The notes under the pieces are model-generated. The model made no database searches. It saw nothing but the letters and a program-made list of their open reading frames with translations, and was not told the DNA's origin. A program made the translations under genes and the position numbers. Positions 1 through 9,235 of a DNA stretch of 64,000 nt are shown piece by piece (position 1 is the first letter of the stretch; each line of letters opens with the position of its first letter). Origin of the DNA: Chloroflexota bacterium (GTDB taxonomy: Bacteria > Chloroflexota > Anaerolineae > DTLA01); the NCBI GenBank assembly GCA_014874485.1, contig JADBJK010000074.1, forward strand, positions 75,678 through 139,677, written 5' to 3'.

Positions 1-625
1 TCAATTGCGTCCGCGCTTCTTCCACCTGGCTGGCCATGTCCGCCGGAATCGGCCCCTTCTCGGCCTTGGGGCCCAGGTAGGCCGTGCGCGACACGAGGTC
101 CACCACGCCCTTGAAGTTGGCCTGGCTACCGATGGGCAACTGCATGATGGCGGGCCGCACGCCGAAGATGTCGGCCAGGCTTTCCACCGCCTTCTGGAAG
201 TCGGCGTTCTCGCGGTCCATCTTGTTCACGAACGCGATGCGGGGCAACTTGTAGTCGTTGGCATGCTGCCAGACCAGTTCCGTGCCGACCTCTACGCCGG
301 CGACCGCGTCCAGCAGGACGACCGCGCCTTCCACCACGCGCACGGCGCTGCGCACCTCGCCCACGAAGTCGGTGTAGCCCGGCGTGTCCAGGATCGTGAT
401 GCGGCAGCCGTCCCAGTCCAGCGGAAGGATGGACGTGTTCACCGAGATCTTGCGCCGCTGCTCTTCGGGGTCAAAGTCGGAGGTGGTGTTCCCTTCGTCC
501 ACCTTGCCGAGGCGCGAAATGGCGCCCGCGTCAAACAGCATCGCCTCGGACAGCGAGGTCTTCCCGCAGTTCCCATGTCCCAGCAAGGCCACGTTGCGCA
601 ACTTGCTGATGTCGTAATCGGCCAT
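1..625 (-). CDS. fusA: Elongation factor G-like GTPase (EF-G2), N-terminal part; runs off window start
   Basis: Manual translation MADYDISKLRNVALLGHGNCGKTSL...DTPGYTDF...NKMDRE (G1/G3/G4 motifs); GAGGAG RBS upstream; not in the ORF track because it is truncated. Confidence 0.9.
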   Translation of the reverse strand, partial: MADYDISKLRNVALLGHGNCGKTSLSEAMLFDAGAISRLGKVDEGNTTSDFDPEEQRRKISVNTSILPLDWDGCRITILDTPGYTDFVGEVRSAVRVVEGAVVLLDAVAGVEVGTELVWQHANDYKLPRIAFVNKMDRENADFQKAVESLADIFGVRPAIMQLPIGSQANFKGVVDLVSRTAYLGPKAEKGPIPADMASQVEEARTQL

Positions 626-724
626 GGATCCTCCTCATCAGGACATCTCGTCCAAGTGTGATCGCGTCATCAAACATGAATGGCGGGCCTGGGGATTCCT
701 CCACGCAGGCCCACGTACACGGCT

Positions 725-753
725 ATTCTACTTGAATCGGGCAGTTGTGTCAA
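725..753 (-). promoter_or_regulatory. Sigma70-type promoter for EF-G2
   Basis: TTGACA-17bp-TAGAAT on the minus strand. Confidence 0.7.
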
Positions 754-893
754 AGCCGCCCCCGCGCGGTGCGACTTGCGTCCAAGCCTGTTGGCGGCAC
801 CGTCGGCATGGGAGGAACCGCGAAACTCTGCAAAGGGTCGTCTTCGTGCCGATTCGCGCCCGTTCGCGGTTCCGGTCCGACATCCGCTGCCCG

Positions 894-936
894 CGCGACC
901 AAAGTCACATACAACCGCGGGGAATTGCCCTATACT
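894..936 (+). promoter_or_regulatory. Crp/Fnr-family box plus -10 element (class II geometry) upstream of the hemerythrin-CODH operon
   Basis: CGCGA-ccaaag-TCACA at 894-909; TATACT at 931-936; box centre 29.5 bp upstream of the -10 hexamer (about -41.5). Confidence 0.55.
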
Positions 937-994
937 GCATGTACAAGAAACTTGACAATCGGGCCTGCGCCCGATGCACATAGGAGGCCGGACG

Positions 995-1549
995 ATGAAA
1001 CCAACCGAAGTCCTCAAAGAGGAACATCAGGGCATCAAGACGGGGCTGCGCATTCTGGGCGGCATCGCCGACCGCCTCAAAGCGGGCCAGAAGGTGCCGC
1101 CGGAGCACCTGGAGGAGATGGTGGACTTCATCCGCACCTTCGCCGACCGGTGCCATCACGGCAAGGAAGAAGACCTGCTGTTCGTGGAGATGGAGAAGGC
1201 GGGCGTTCCCAGGCAGGGTGGCCCCATCGCGGTCATGCTCCTGGAACACGACCAGGGGCGCGGGTACGTGCGGGCCATGGCCGACGCAATCCCCGGATAC
1301 AAGGCCGGCGACCCCGCCGCAGCGCAGAAGTTCGCGCAGAACGCCTACAACTACATCGGTCTGCTCACCCAGCACATTGACAAGGAGGACAATATCCTCT
1401 ACGTCATCGCCGATATGCACCTTTCGGACGAGCAGCAAGCGTGCCTACTGGATGGCTTTGACCGCGTGGAAACCGAGCGCATCGGTCCGGGCAAGCACGA
1501 GGAGTACCACCGCATGTTGGAGCGCCTGAGCAGCGTCTATCTCCAGTAG
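995..1549 (+). CDS. Hemerythrin-like (HHE cation-binding) protein
   Basis: EEH...CHHGKEEDLLF...EHDQGR...HIDKEDNILY motifs; AGGAGG RBS. Confidence 0.9.
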   Translation: MKPTEVLKEEHQGIKTGLRILGGIADRLKAGQKVPPEHLEEMVDFIRTFADRCHHGKEEDLLFVEMEKAGVPRQGGPIAVMLLEHDQGRGYVRAMADAIPGYKAGDPAAAQKFAQNAYNYIGLLTQHIDKEDNILYVIADMHLSDEQQACLLDGFDRVETERIGPGKHEEYHRMLERLSSVYLQ

Positions 1550-1567
1550 CCGAGGAGGCCAACGCCC

Positions 1568-1819
1568 ATGGAGCAGAAGCCCCGCCCGTTCATCACGGTC
1601 GAATTGGACATACGCCCGGTCCCGCCGCGCCAACGCCACCCGCTGATTGACGCCACCTTTGACGGCCTGAAGCCCGGCGAGGCGTTCGTGTTGGTGAACG
1701 ACCACGACCCCAAGCCGCTCCATTACGCGTTTCAGCACGAGCGGCCAGGCCGGTTCACCTGGGAGTACCTGGAGCAGGGGCCGGACATCTGGCGCGTGCG
1801 CATCGGCAAGACCGAGTGA
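1568..1819 (+). CDS. DUF2249 domain protein
   Basis: LDIRPVPPRQRHPLI...LVNDHDPKPL...WEYLEQGP.WRVRI signature; GAGGAGG RBS. Confidence 0.85.
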   Translation: MEQKPRPFITVELDIRPVPPRQRHPLIDATFDGLKPGEAFVLVNDHDPKPLHYAFQHERPGRFTWEYLEQGPDIWRVRIGKTE

Positions 1820-1852
1820 GAAACACCCATCGCCACACTGTGAGGAGAATAC

Positions 1853-3859
1853 ATGGCAACCGCAAAGAGCATTGATCCCGCCGTCAACGCCCTGCTGGAA
1901 TACGCCGAGCAGGAGAGCATTACCACCGCATTCAGCCGCGCCGAGGCCATGAAGCCCTGCCCCATCGGGCACATCGGCGCGTGCTGCAAGCACTGCCACA
2001 TGGGCCCCTGCCGCCTGGTCAAGCCCGGCCAGACGGGCATCTGCGGGGCCACGATAGAGACCGTTACGTCGCGCAACTTTGCCCGCATGGTCGCAGTGGG
2101 GGCCGCCGCCCACTCGGACCACGGGCGCGACCTAGTGTTCACCCTGCTGGCCGCCGCCGAGGGCGAAGCGCCCGACTACCGCATCCGCGACGAGCGCAAA
2201 CTCATGGAGGTGGCGCGGTTCCTGGGCGTGGCGACCGAGAACCGCGGCCCGAGGGACATTGCCCGCGACGTGGCGCTCAAGGCCATGGAGCAGTTCACAT
2301 CGCAGCGGAAGGAGGCCACCTACCTGCGCCGCGCGCCCAAGCCCAGGCAGGAAATCTGGCGCAGGCTCGGCATCGCACCGCGCGGGATTGACCGCGAGGT
2401 GGTGGACCTGCTGCACCGCACCCATATCGGCGACGACCAGGATCACGAGCACATCCTCATGGCCAGCCTGCGCTGCGCGCTGGCCGATGGGTGGAGCGGC
2501 TCCATGCTGGCGACGGACATCACCGACATCCTGTTCGGCACACCCGCGCCCCTGCACTCGCAGGCCAACCTGGGCATCCTGGGCAAGGACACGGTGAACA
2601 TCGTCGTGCACGGCCACGAGCCGACGCTGTCCGAGATGATCGTCGCGGCGTCCCAGGACCCGGAACTCATCGCCTACGCCCAGTCCAAGGGCGCGCGGGG
2701 CATCAACCTGACGGGCATCTGCTGCACGGCCAACGAGGTGCTGATGCGCCAGGGCGTGGGCACGGCGGGCAACTTCCTGAGCCAGGAACTCGCCATCCTC
2801 ACCGGCGCGGTGGAGATGATGGTGGTGGACGTGCAGTGCATCATGGAGGCGCTGGCCCCGCTGTCGCAGCGGTTCCACACCAAACTGGTAACTACCTCGC
2901 CCAAGGTGAAAATCCACGGCGCGCTCCATGTGGAGATGGACGAGCGGCGGGCGTTGGCCATCGCCAAAGACCTGGTGCGCATGGCGATTGACAACTACCC
3001 CAACCGCGGCGAGACCCGCATCCCCCAGTTCAAGAGCGACATCGTGGCGGGGTTCTCGCACGAGTACCTGAACTACATGATGGGCGGCGTGTACCGGGGC
3101 TCCTTCCGCCCGCTCAACGAGGCCATCGTACAAGGGCGCATTCGGGGCGTGGCGGGCGTGGCCGGGTGCAACAACCCCCGCGCCAGCGCCCACGACGCCG
3201 CGCACGAGTACATCGTCCGCGAGTTCATCCGCAACGACGTGTTAGTGGTACAGACGGGGTGCGGGGCGATTTCCGCCGCCAAGTACGGCCTCCTGTCGCC
3301 CGAAGAGGCCTTCCGCGGGGCGGGCGCAGGGCTACGCGAGGTCTGCGAGGCGCTGGGAATCCCTCCCGTGCTCCACATGGGGTCGTGCGTGGACAACTCC
3401 CGCATCCTCACGGCGCTGTCGCAGATGGCGACCGAGGGCGGCCTGGGCGAAGACATCAGCGACATCCCGGGCGTGGGCATCGCGCCCGAATGGATGAGCG
3501 AGAAGGCCGTGTCCATCGGCGCGTACCTGGTGGCGTCGGGAGTGTACACCCTGTTCGGTGGCGACAACCCCGTGGAGGCTAGCCCGGTGGTAACCGAGTT
3601 CCTGAGCCAGGGCTGGGAGCAGCGCGTGGGCGGCAAACTGGAGTTCGTGCGCGACCCTGAGGAGATCGTGGCGCGGTCGCTGGCGCACATAGACGCCAAG
3701 CGCGCGGCGCTGGGCCTGGCCCGCTACGACCCGCACCGCTTCGGCGCGAGCGGCGACGCCGTGATGCTGCGCTGGCTGCAGGCGCGGGAGATGGGACTCC
3801 CCGTCAGCCCCTACAGCACGGCGGGCTTGGAGGTGGCAGAAGCCCTGGCCCAGAGGTAG
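1853..3859 (+). CDS. cooS: Anaerobic Ni-Fe carbon monoxide dehydrogenase catalytic subunit
   Basis: CPIG..GACCKHCHMGPC (D/B clusters), HSDHGR, HGH, GICCTA, DVQC, GCNNP, TGCG, GSCVD, MSEK. Confidence 0.95.
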   Translation: MATAKSIDPAVNALLEYAEQESITTAFSRAEAMKPCPIGHIGACCKHCHMGPCRLVKPGQTGICGATIETVTSRNFARMVAVGAAAHSDHGRDLVFTLLAAAEGEAPDYRIRDERKLMEVARFLGVATENRGPRDIARDVALKAMEQFTSQRKEATYLRRAPKPRQEIWRRLGIAPRGIDREVVDLLHRTHIGDDQDHEHILMASLRCALADGWSGSMLATDITDILFGTPAPLHSQANLGILGKDTVNIVVHGHEPTLSEMIVAASQDPELIAYAQSKGARGINLTGICCTANEVLMRQGVGTAGNFLSQELAILTGAVEMMVVDVQCIMEALAPLSQRFHTKLVTTSPKVKIHGALHVEMDERRALAIAKDLVRMAIDNYPNRGETRIPQFKSDIVAGFSHEYLNYMMGGVYRGSFRPLNEAIVQGRIRGVAGVAGCNNPRASAHDAAHEYIVREFIRNDVLVVQTGCGAISAAKYGLLSPEEAFRGAGAGLREVCEALGIPPVLHMGSCVDNSRILTALSQMATEGGLGEDISDIPGVGIAPEWMSEKAVSIGAYLVASGVYTLFGGDNPVEASPVVTEFLSQGWEQRVGGKLEFVRDPEEIVARSLAHIDAKRAALGLARYDPHRFGASGDAVMLRWLQAREMGLPVSPYSTAGLEVAEALAQR

Positions 3860-4026
3860 CGCGAGACGCTCGGCGCCCAGGCCAGGATGGCGAGGACGAC
3901 GGCCCAGTCCAAAGGGACGGAAACCGCAACGTGCCCCAACGCAATTCGCCAAAAACCTCGTTTCGCGTATAATCTCGTCTCGTGCATGGCACGAGTTCGG
4001 GGAAATGAGGTCTTTGGGAATCGCCG

Positions 4027-4674
4027 ATGGGTGAACGGCTATCGCTACATGAATTGCTGGACGATTTGCGCGAGGGGCGCATTGACGATGCGGACATCCC
4101 CGCCGTCTTGCGGTGCTTCGCCGACGGCTTCTTGACCGAAGCCGATGAGGATATTGAGGATTTGGTGCTGCACAACTCGCCGGAGGTGCGGGCCGCTGCC
4201 CTGGAGGTGCTGGCCATACGGTGGCGCATCGCCGACTACCGGCCTCTCTGCGAGTACGTGCTTCGCTACGACATCAATGCCCACGTGCGGGCCACAGCGG
4301 CGCGTGCCCTGGGCGCTCTCTTGGCGCGCACCCGCGACAAGGGCGCCCTGCGCCAGTTGCTGGAGACGCTGCGCGACCCCGACGAGGACCGCGTCGTGCG
4401 GTACGCCGCCTACTTGGCCGCCCTGGAAGTGGCCGGAGCCGCGCCGAAGGACGGTGTGAAAGAGCGGTTCAACCTGCGCCGCGACGTGGACTGGAAACTG
4501 GTCAACGACCTGCTGGCCGAAACCGGCGAGGTGCTGCGGTGCCTGCGGTGTGGTGCGCCCCTGATCCGCCCGGGCGACGGCCCCGCCTGGTGCCTGGACT
4601 GCACCGTGGAGGTCATGGAACTCAACCGCGCCACCGCCGAGAACGGCCGCAGCACTGTGCTCGGCCGCGACTAG
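4027..4674 (+). CDS. HEAT/PBS-lyase repeat protein with C-terminal CxxC...CxxC zinc ribbon
   Basis: Repeated VRAAAL/VRATAARALG/VRYAAYLAL helices; CLRC...CLDC. Confidence 0.7.
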   Translation: MGERLSLHELLDDLREGRIDDADIPAVLRCFADGFLTEADEDIEDLVLHNSPEVRAAALEVLAIRWRIADYRPLCEYVLRYDINAHVRATAARALGALLARTRDKGALRQLLETLRDPDEDRVVRYAAYLAALEVAGAAPKDGVKERFNLRRDVDWKLVNDLLAETGEVLRCLRCGAPLIRPGDGPAWCLDCTVEVMELNRATAENGRSTVLGRD

Positions 4675-4713
4675 GGCAACGCCCGGCCGAGCGTAGCGCG
4701 AGCCTTGCGCGAT

Positions 4714-5829
4714 ATGGAACCGAACCCACAGCCCGAGAGGTGCGCGCAACTCCAAAGCGCGCTCCTGGACTGGGCCGCCGGTCATCTGCGCCCGCTGCCC
4801 TGGCGCACCACGCCCCGCGATCCTTACCGCGTGTGGGTCTCCGAGGTCATGCTCCAGCAGACGCGGGTGGAAACCGTCGTGCCCTACTTCGAGCGGTGGG
4901 TGCGCCTGTTCCCCGACGTGCAGGCGCTGGCCCGCGCGCCACTGGATGACGTGCTCAAGGCGTGGGAAGGGCTGGGCTACTACGCGCGGGCGCGCAACCT
5001 GCACAGGGCGGCGCGGGAAATCGTGGCAGCGCACGGGGGCCACGTGCCCGACGACGCCGAGGCGCTGCGCCGCCTCCCCGGCGTGGGCCGCTACACGGCG
5101 GGCGCTATCCTGAGCATCGCCTTTGGCCGCGACGAGCCTGCCCTGGATGGCAACATCCGTCGGGTGTTGAGCCGCGTCTTCGCCGTGGCCGAACCGACCC
5201 GACCGCGCCTGGATAGGGCGCTGTGGGAGTTGGCGCGGGCGCTGCTGCCAACCGGCCGGGCCGGCGCGTTCAACGAGGCCCTCATGGAACTGGGGGCGAC
5301 GATCTGCACGCCCCGCAATCCCCTGTGTCCGCCGTGCCCGTGGGCGTTCGCCTGCGCCGCCTACGCGCAGGGCACGCAGGCCCTATTCCCGCCCCGCGCG
5401 GCCCGCAAGCCTACGCCCCACTACGACGTTACCGCCGCCGTCATCTGGCGAGAACCCGGCGTGTTCCTTGTCGCCCGCCGCAACGCCGAGGGGCTGCTGG
5501 GCGGGCTGTGGGAGTTTCCGGGCGGCAAGGCGGAGCCCGGCGAATCGCTGGAAGATTGCCTGAGGCGCGAGATTCGGGAAGAACTGGGCGTGCGCATCCG
5601 CGTCGGCGAGCGGCTGACGGTGGTCAAGCACGCCTACACCCACTTCCGCATCACGCTGCACGCTTTCCACGCGTGGCTTGAACCCGGCGAACCCGAACCG
5701 CAGGCCCTGGATTGCGCGGCGTGGCGGTGGATTCGGCTGGACGAGGCGGAGTCGGTGGCGTTCTCGGCGGCGGACCTGCGCATCCTGGACGCGCTGCGCC
5801 GGTCGTCGCAGGTCGCCTCTCCCCGCTAG
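4714..5829 (+). CDS. mutY: A/G-specific adenine glycosylase with C-terminal Nudix domain
   Basis: LPWR, VWVSEVMLQQT, WEGLGYYARARNL, HhH LPGVGRYTA, CTPRNPLCPPCPWAFAC Fe-S motif. Confidence 0.95.
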   Translation: MEPNPQPERCAQLQSALLDWAAGHLRPLPWRTTPRDPYRVWVSEVMLQQTRVETVVPYFERWVRLFPDVQALARAPLDDVLKAWEGLGYYARARNLHRAAREIVAAHGGHVPDDAEALRRLPGVGRYTAGAILSIAFGRDEPALDGNIRRVLSRVFAVAEPTRPRLDRALWELARALLPTGRAGAFNEALMELGATICTPRNPLCPPCPWAFACAAYAQGTQALFPPRAARKPTPHYDVTAAVIWREPGVFLVARRNAEGLLGGLWEFPGGKAEPGESLEDCLRREIREELGVRIRVGERLTVVKHAYTHFRITLHAFHAWLEPGEPEPQALDCAAWRWIRLDEAESVAFSAADLRILDALRRSSQVASPR

Positions 5830-6947
5830 GCGCGCTCCCCCAGAAGCCGCTCGTACAGCGCCACGATGCGCGCCACCATCCGCTCGGCGGTGAACTCGGC
5901 CAGGACGCGCGCGCGTGCCCGTCCCCCCATCTCCCGCCGCAGGTCGGCGTCGGCGATGAGGCGGTTGCAGGCGTCGGCCAGGGCGTCGGCATCCCGCGCG
6001 GGCACCACCAGGCCCGTCTCGCCGTGCCGGTTGATGTAGGACGTGCCCGTGCCCAGTTCGGTGCAGACGACCGGCCGCGCCGACGCCATGGCCTCCAATT
6101 GCACCAGGCCGTAAGCCTCCGACCGCTCGGACGCGGGCAGCACGAACACGTCGCACGCCTGATAGTAGGCGGGCAAATCCTCATCCGGCGCATCGCCCAC
6201 GAAGACAACCCTGTCGGCCACGCCCACGTCCGCCGCCAGTTGTCGCCAGGCCGCCTCCATGGGGCCCGTCCCCACCACCAGGAGCGTGGCCGGGATGCGC
6301 GGCATGGCGCGGATGAGCCAGTCCAGCCCCTTGTAGTACCGCAGCCGCCCCACGAACAGCAGCATCGGGCCACCGTATCGGGCGCGGATTTCGCCTGCCG
6401 CGGGCGACTCGCGCAGGAACGGCGCGGGGTCTATCCCCAGCGGGATGATCTCCACCTTGTCGCGGAATCGGCCAAGGTAGGGCGATGTTTCCACGTAGTT
6501 CGGCGTGCTGGCGATGAGGCAGTCGGCATCCTGCAGCACGCGCCACAGCACGGGGCGGTACAGGCGCAGCCAACCCTTCTGCCGCACCACGTCGGACTGG
6601 TAAGAGATGACGGTGCGGGCCGCGCGCCCCAGCAGGAGATTCGCCACCTCGCCCACGGGGTAAGGGAATTGCAGGTGCGCGATGTCGGGGCGCAGGCGGC
6701 GCATCCAGGCGAACAGCATGGGGCTGATGGGCGTGGACGCGACCGTGGCGAGCCGCGCCGCGCGTATCAGCCGAACGCCGTTGAGGCGGACCTCCTCCGT
6801 GCGGCGGGTGCGGCTGGTAACCAGCACCGTTACGTCCAGGCCCAGGGCGGCCTGCCGCTCGGCCAACAGTTTCACGTGGTTCTCAATCCCGCCCAGCACA
6901 GGCCAGTAGTCCTTGTACACGTGGAGCACGCGGATGGGTGCGCTCAC
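5826..6947 (-). CDS. Glycosyltransferase family 4
   Basis: GTG start overlapping the upstream stop; FVGRL..YKG, EAYGLVQLEAMA, GETG motifs. Confidence 0.9.
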   Translation of the reverse strand: MSAPIRVLHVYKDYWPVLGGIENHVKLLAERQAALGLDVTVLVTSRTRRTEEVRLNGVRLIRAARLATVASTPISPMLFAWMRRLRPDIAHLQFPYPVGEVANLLLGRAARTVISYQSDVVRQKGWLRLYRPVLWRVLQDADCLIASTPNYVETSPYLGRFRDKVEIIPLGIDPAPFLRESPAAGEIRARYGGPMLLFVGRLRYYKGLDWLIRAMPRIPATLLVVGTGPMEAAWRQLAADVGVADRVVFVGDAPDEDLPAYYQACDVFVLPASERSEAYGLVQLEAMASARPVVCTELGTGTSYINRHGETGLVVPARDADALADACNRLIADADLRREMGGRARARVLAEFTAERMVARIVALYERLLGERA

Positions 6948-8059
6948 GAAGCCACCTCCCTGTAGACGTCCATTGTATCCCGCGCGGCCCTCTCCCACGA
7001 GAACGCCGCCGCCCGCGCCAGGCTGCGCCCGCGCATGACCGCCAGCGTCTCGGCGTCGCCCAGAAGGCGCGCCAGCGTCTCGGCCCACGCTTCCACGTCC
7101 GTGGGCGGGATCAGCGGCCCGGCGTCGCCGACGACCTCCGGCAAACTGGCCGCATCGGACGAGACCACCGGCGCGCCGCATGCCATGGCCTCCAGCACGG
7201 GCAGGCCGAACCCCTCGTACCGCGAGGGGAAAGCGAACAGCGCCGCGCCCGAATACAGCGCGGGCAGGTCGGCCTCCGGCACGTCGCCCAGGAGCCGCAC
7301 GCGACGCTCCAGCCCCAGCGCCGCGACGCACTGTCGCGCCTGCGGGTAGCGCGGGTCCTCGCGGCCCGCCAAGACGAGCGCGCCCTGCGCCTTGGCCCTG
7401 GCCCAGGCTTCCACCAGCGTCTCCACGTTCTTGTGCGGCTTGTTGATGCCCACGTACAGCACATAAGGCCCGTACAGGCGGTACTTCTGCCGCACGCGCT
7501 CCACGGCATCGGCGGGCTGCGGCCGGAACTGGGGATCGGCGGCCGGGTAGATGACGGTGGTCTTGGCCTCGGCCACGCGGAAGTAGCGCATTACGTCTCG
7601 CTGCGCCGACCTGGACAGCAGAATCACCCTGTCCGCGCTCGCCAGGGCCAGCCAAGACAGCGCGCGGAACATCACCCGCGCCCGCGCCGATGGGAGTGTG
7701 TTCGGGTACACCAGTCCGATGACGTCGTAGTACGTGAGCACCGACGGCACGGGCAGGCGATACGGCTTGACGTAGTAGGGCGAATGCAGCAAGTACGCGC
7801 CGAGGCGGGCGACCATGCGCGGGAGCGCCGCCTGCTCCTGGAGCGAGAAGGTGCCCACGTCGCACGGCACCGGCCGCACCCCCGGCCGCGCGGCGAGGGC
7901 CGCCAGGTCGTAGCGCGTGTTGGGCAGGCGCGGGTTGGTGATGACGAGCCACTCGGCGCTCTCGCCCAGTGCGGACAGCGCCCGCACCAGGTTGTACGTG
8001 TAGCGGCCGATGCCCGGGAAGTGGTCTTGGATGTACCTGCCGTCTATGGCGATTCGCAT
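6944..8059 (-). CDS. Glycosyltransferase family 4 (MtfB/WbpY-like)
   Basis: MRIAIDGR, GIGRY, PHKN, FPSRYEGFGLPVLEAMACG, FSWE. Confidence 0.92.
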   Translation of the reverse strand: MRIAIDGRYIQDHFPGIGRYTYNLVRALSALGESAEWLVITNPRLPNTRYDLAALAARPGVRPVPCDVGTFSLQEQAALPRMVARLGAYLLHSPYYVKPYRLPVPSVLTYYDVIGLVYPNTLPSARARVMFRALSWLALASADRVILLSRSAQRDVMRYFRVAEAKTTVIYPAADPQFRPQPADAVERVRQKYRLYGPYVLYVGINKPHKNVETLVEAWARAKAQGALVLAGREDPRYPQARQCVAALGLERRVRLLGDVPEADLPALYSGAALFAFPSRYEGFGLPVLEAMACGAPVVSSDAASLPEVVGDAGPLIPPTDVEAWAETLARLLGDAETLAVMRGRSLARAAAFSWERAARDTMDVYREVAS

Positions 8060-8191
8060 GGCTTCACTCCGGCGAGCAGAAGTCTAGCCGGCTTGCCGTG
8101 CCGTGTCAATTGGACGGAGATCCCCCCGGTCGCCGCGTCCCCCGCGCGATAGGTACGGACGGAGCCGGCGGCCGGATTGGGCCAAACCGAC

Positions 8192-8220
8192 TTGACAAAC
8201 AGGCCAATATGGGGTATCAT
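8192..8220 (+). promoter_or_regulatory. Sigma70-type promoter
   Basis: TTGACA-17bp-TATCAT. Confidence 0.75.
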
Positions 8221-8297
8221 AGCATTGTGACAAAACGTTCATCTTGGCGCTTTGTCCGCACACCGTACCACGCCACGTGGGGGAGGGATTGACAATT

Positions 8298-8822
8298 ATG
8301 GGAGATGGAGGTTTACGCCGCCTTCGGGTGGCTGTTTTGCTCTCCGCACTCCTGCTGGTTGCCTTGACAGGTTGCACACAATTTCAGATAGAGACTCGCC
8401 AACTGGACGTCTTCACCACGACGGCCCAGGATGTTTCGGCCAGGCCGCCGGAGCACGACATCTCCGTGCTGGCCATTGACTTTGACCCGCCTTTGGATAC
8501 CATCCGTTCGCTGGAGGATCTGAAGGCGGTCAGTCTGCTTGTGGCCGTGGAGAACACGGGCCTGGTCTCGGAGCGCAATGTCGTCGTCCGCGCCGAACTC
8601 CGCCTGGACAACCGCGAGCCTTCGCCGACCCTTGTCCGCACCGCGACCGTGGAGCAACTGGCCCCGGGCGAGGTCAAAGTCATCCGCATGCAGGGCCTTT
8701 CCGAGATTCCCATTCGCACCGAGTACTGGCTCAGGGTGAGGGCGACGCCTGTCCTGGGCGAGACGGACGTTACCGACAATCAGCGCATCTACCGGCTGCA
8801 ACTGACGAACCTAACCCGCTAG
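8298..8822 (+). CDS. Putative lipoprotein with CARDB/Ig-like domain
   Basis: Lipobox LTGC; VENTG, LAPGE, ETDVTDN motifs. Confidence 0.7.
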   Translation: MGDGGLRRLRVAVLLSALLLVALTGCTQFQIETRQLDVFTTTAQDVSARPPEHDISVLAIDFDPPLDTIRSLEDLKAVSLLVAVENTGLVSERNVVVRAELRLDNREPSPTLVRTATVEQLAPGEVKVIRMQGLSEIPIRTEYWLRVRATPVLGETDVTDNQRIYRLQLTNLTR

Positions 8823-9024
8823 TACTTTACCACAGGATGGCTTGTCATTGCGAGGGCGCACGGCGCCCGTAGGGACAATTCATGAATTGTCCCTACTGAG
8901 GCGCGAAGCGCCGAAGAATCTCGTCCACCGAGATGCTTCGCCGGCGATGACGTGAGAAGGCACATGCGACGCACCTCCGAGGTGCGTCGCATGTGGAGAT
9001 TGCTTCGCTTCGCTCGCAATGACA
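8820..9024. repeat. Composite palindromic repeat cluster
   Basis: TACCACAGG leader, TGTCATTGCGAG...CTCGCAATGACA termini, GTAG REP at 8869-8896, TGCGACGCACCT palindrome near 8965. Confidence 0.9.
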
Positions 9025-9138
9025 ACGAACAAGAACTGGTAGGCACCATTCTTGCACAAGGAAAAGTGTTTCAGTCAGAAAGGCACCGAAAGGTGCTTTT
9101 CTCCGTTATATATAGTGAATTCACCGGAAACGGCCAGA

Positions 9139-9229
9139 TTCACCGCGGCACGCACAGAGGCCACAGCGATTTCGCCAGGCTAGCGCCTCTTTGCGCTTTC
9201 TGTGTGAGCCGCCTTCGCGTGGCGGGGAA
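9139..9229. repeat. Degenerate TTCACCGC...CAGAG-type hairpin repeat in a 5' UTR
   Basis: Resembles the 22572-22644 element. Confidence 0.45.
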
Positions 9230-9235
9230 GTCGTA

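Noticed and set aside
6869-6885. parS-like sequence AGTTTCACGTGGTTCT (and a weaker one near 17167)
   Set aside because: Four or more mismatches to TGTTTCACGTGAAACA-type consensus, not palindromic, and the first lies within a CDS.
5826-7952. 708-aa fused GT ORF and 780-aa ORF at 35057-37399 from the track
   Set aside because: The N-terminal extensions are off-frame reads over neighbouring genes; the real starts are 6947 and 36293, both with an RBS.
8226-8241. Third Crp/Fnr-like site TGTGA-caaaac-GTTCA
   Set aside because: The right half-site is poor and it lies downstream of a complete sigma70 promoter, so it cannot be supported beyond a half-site.
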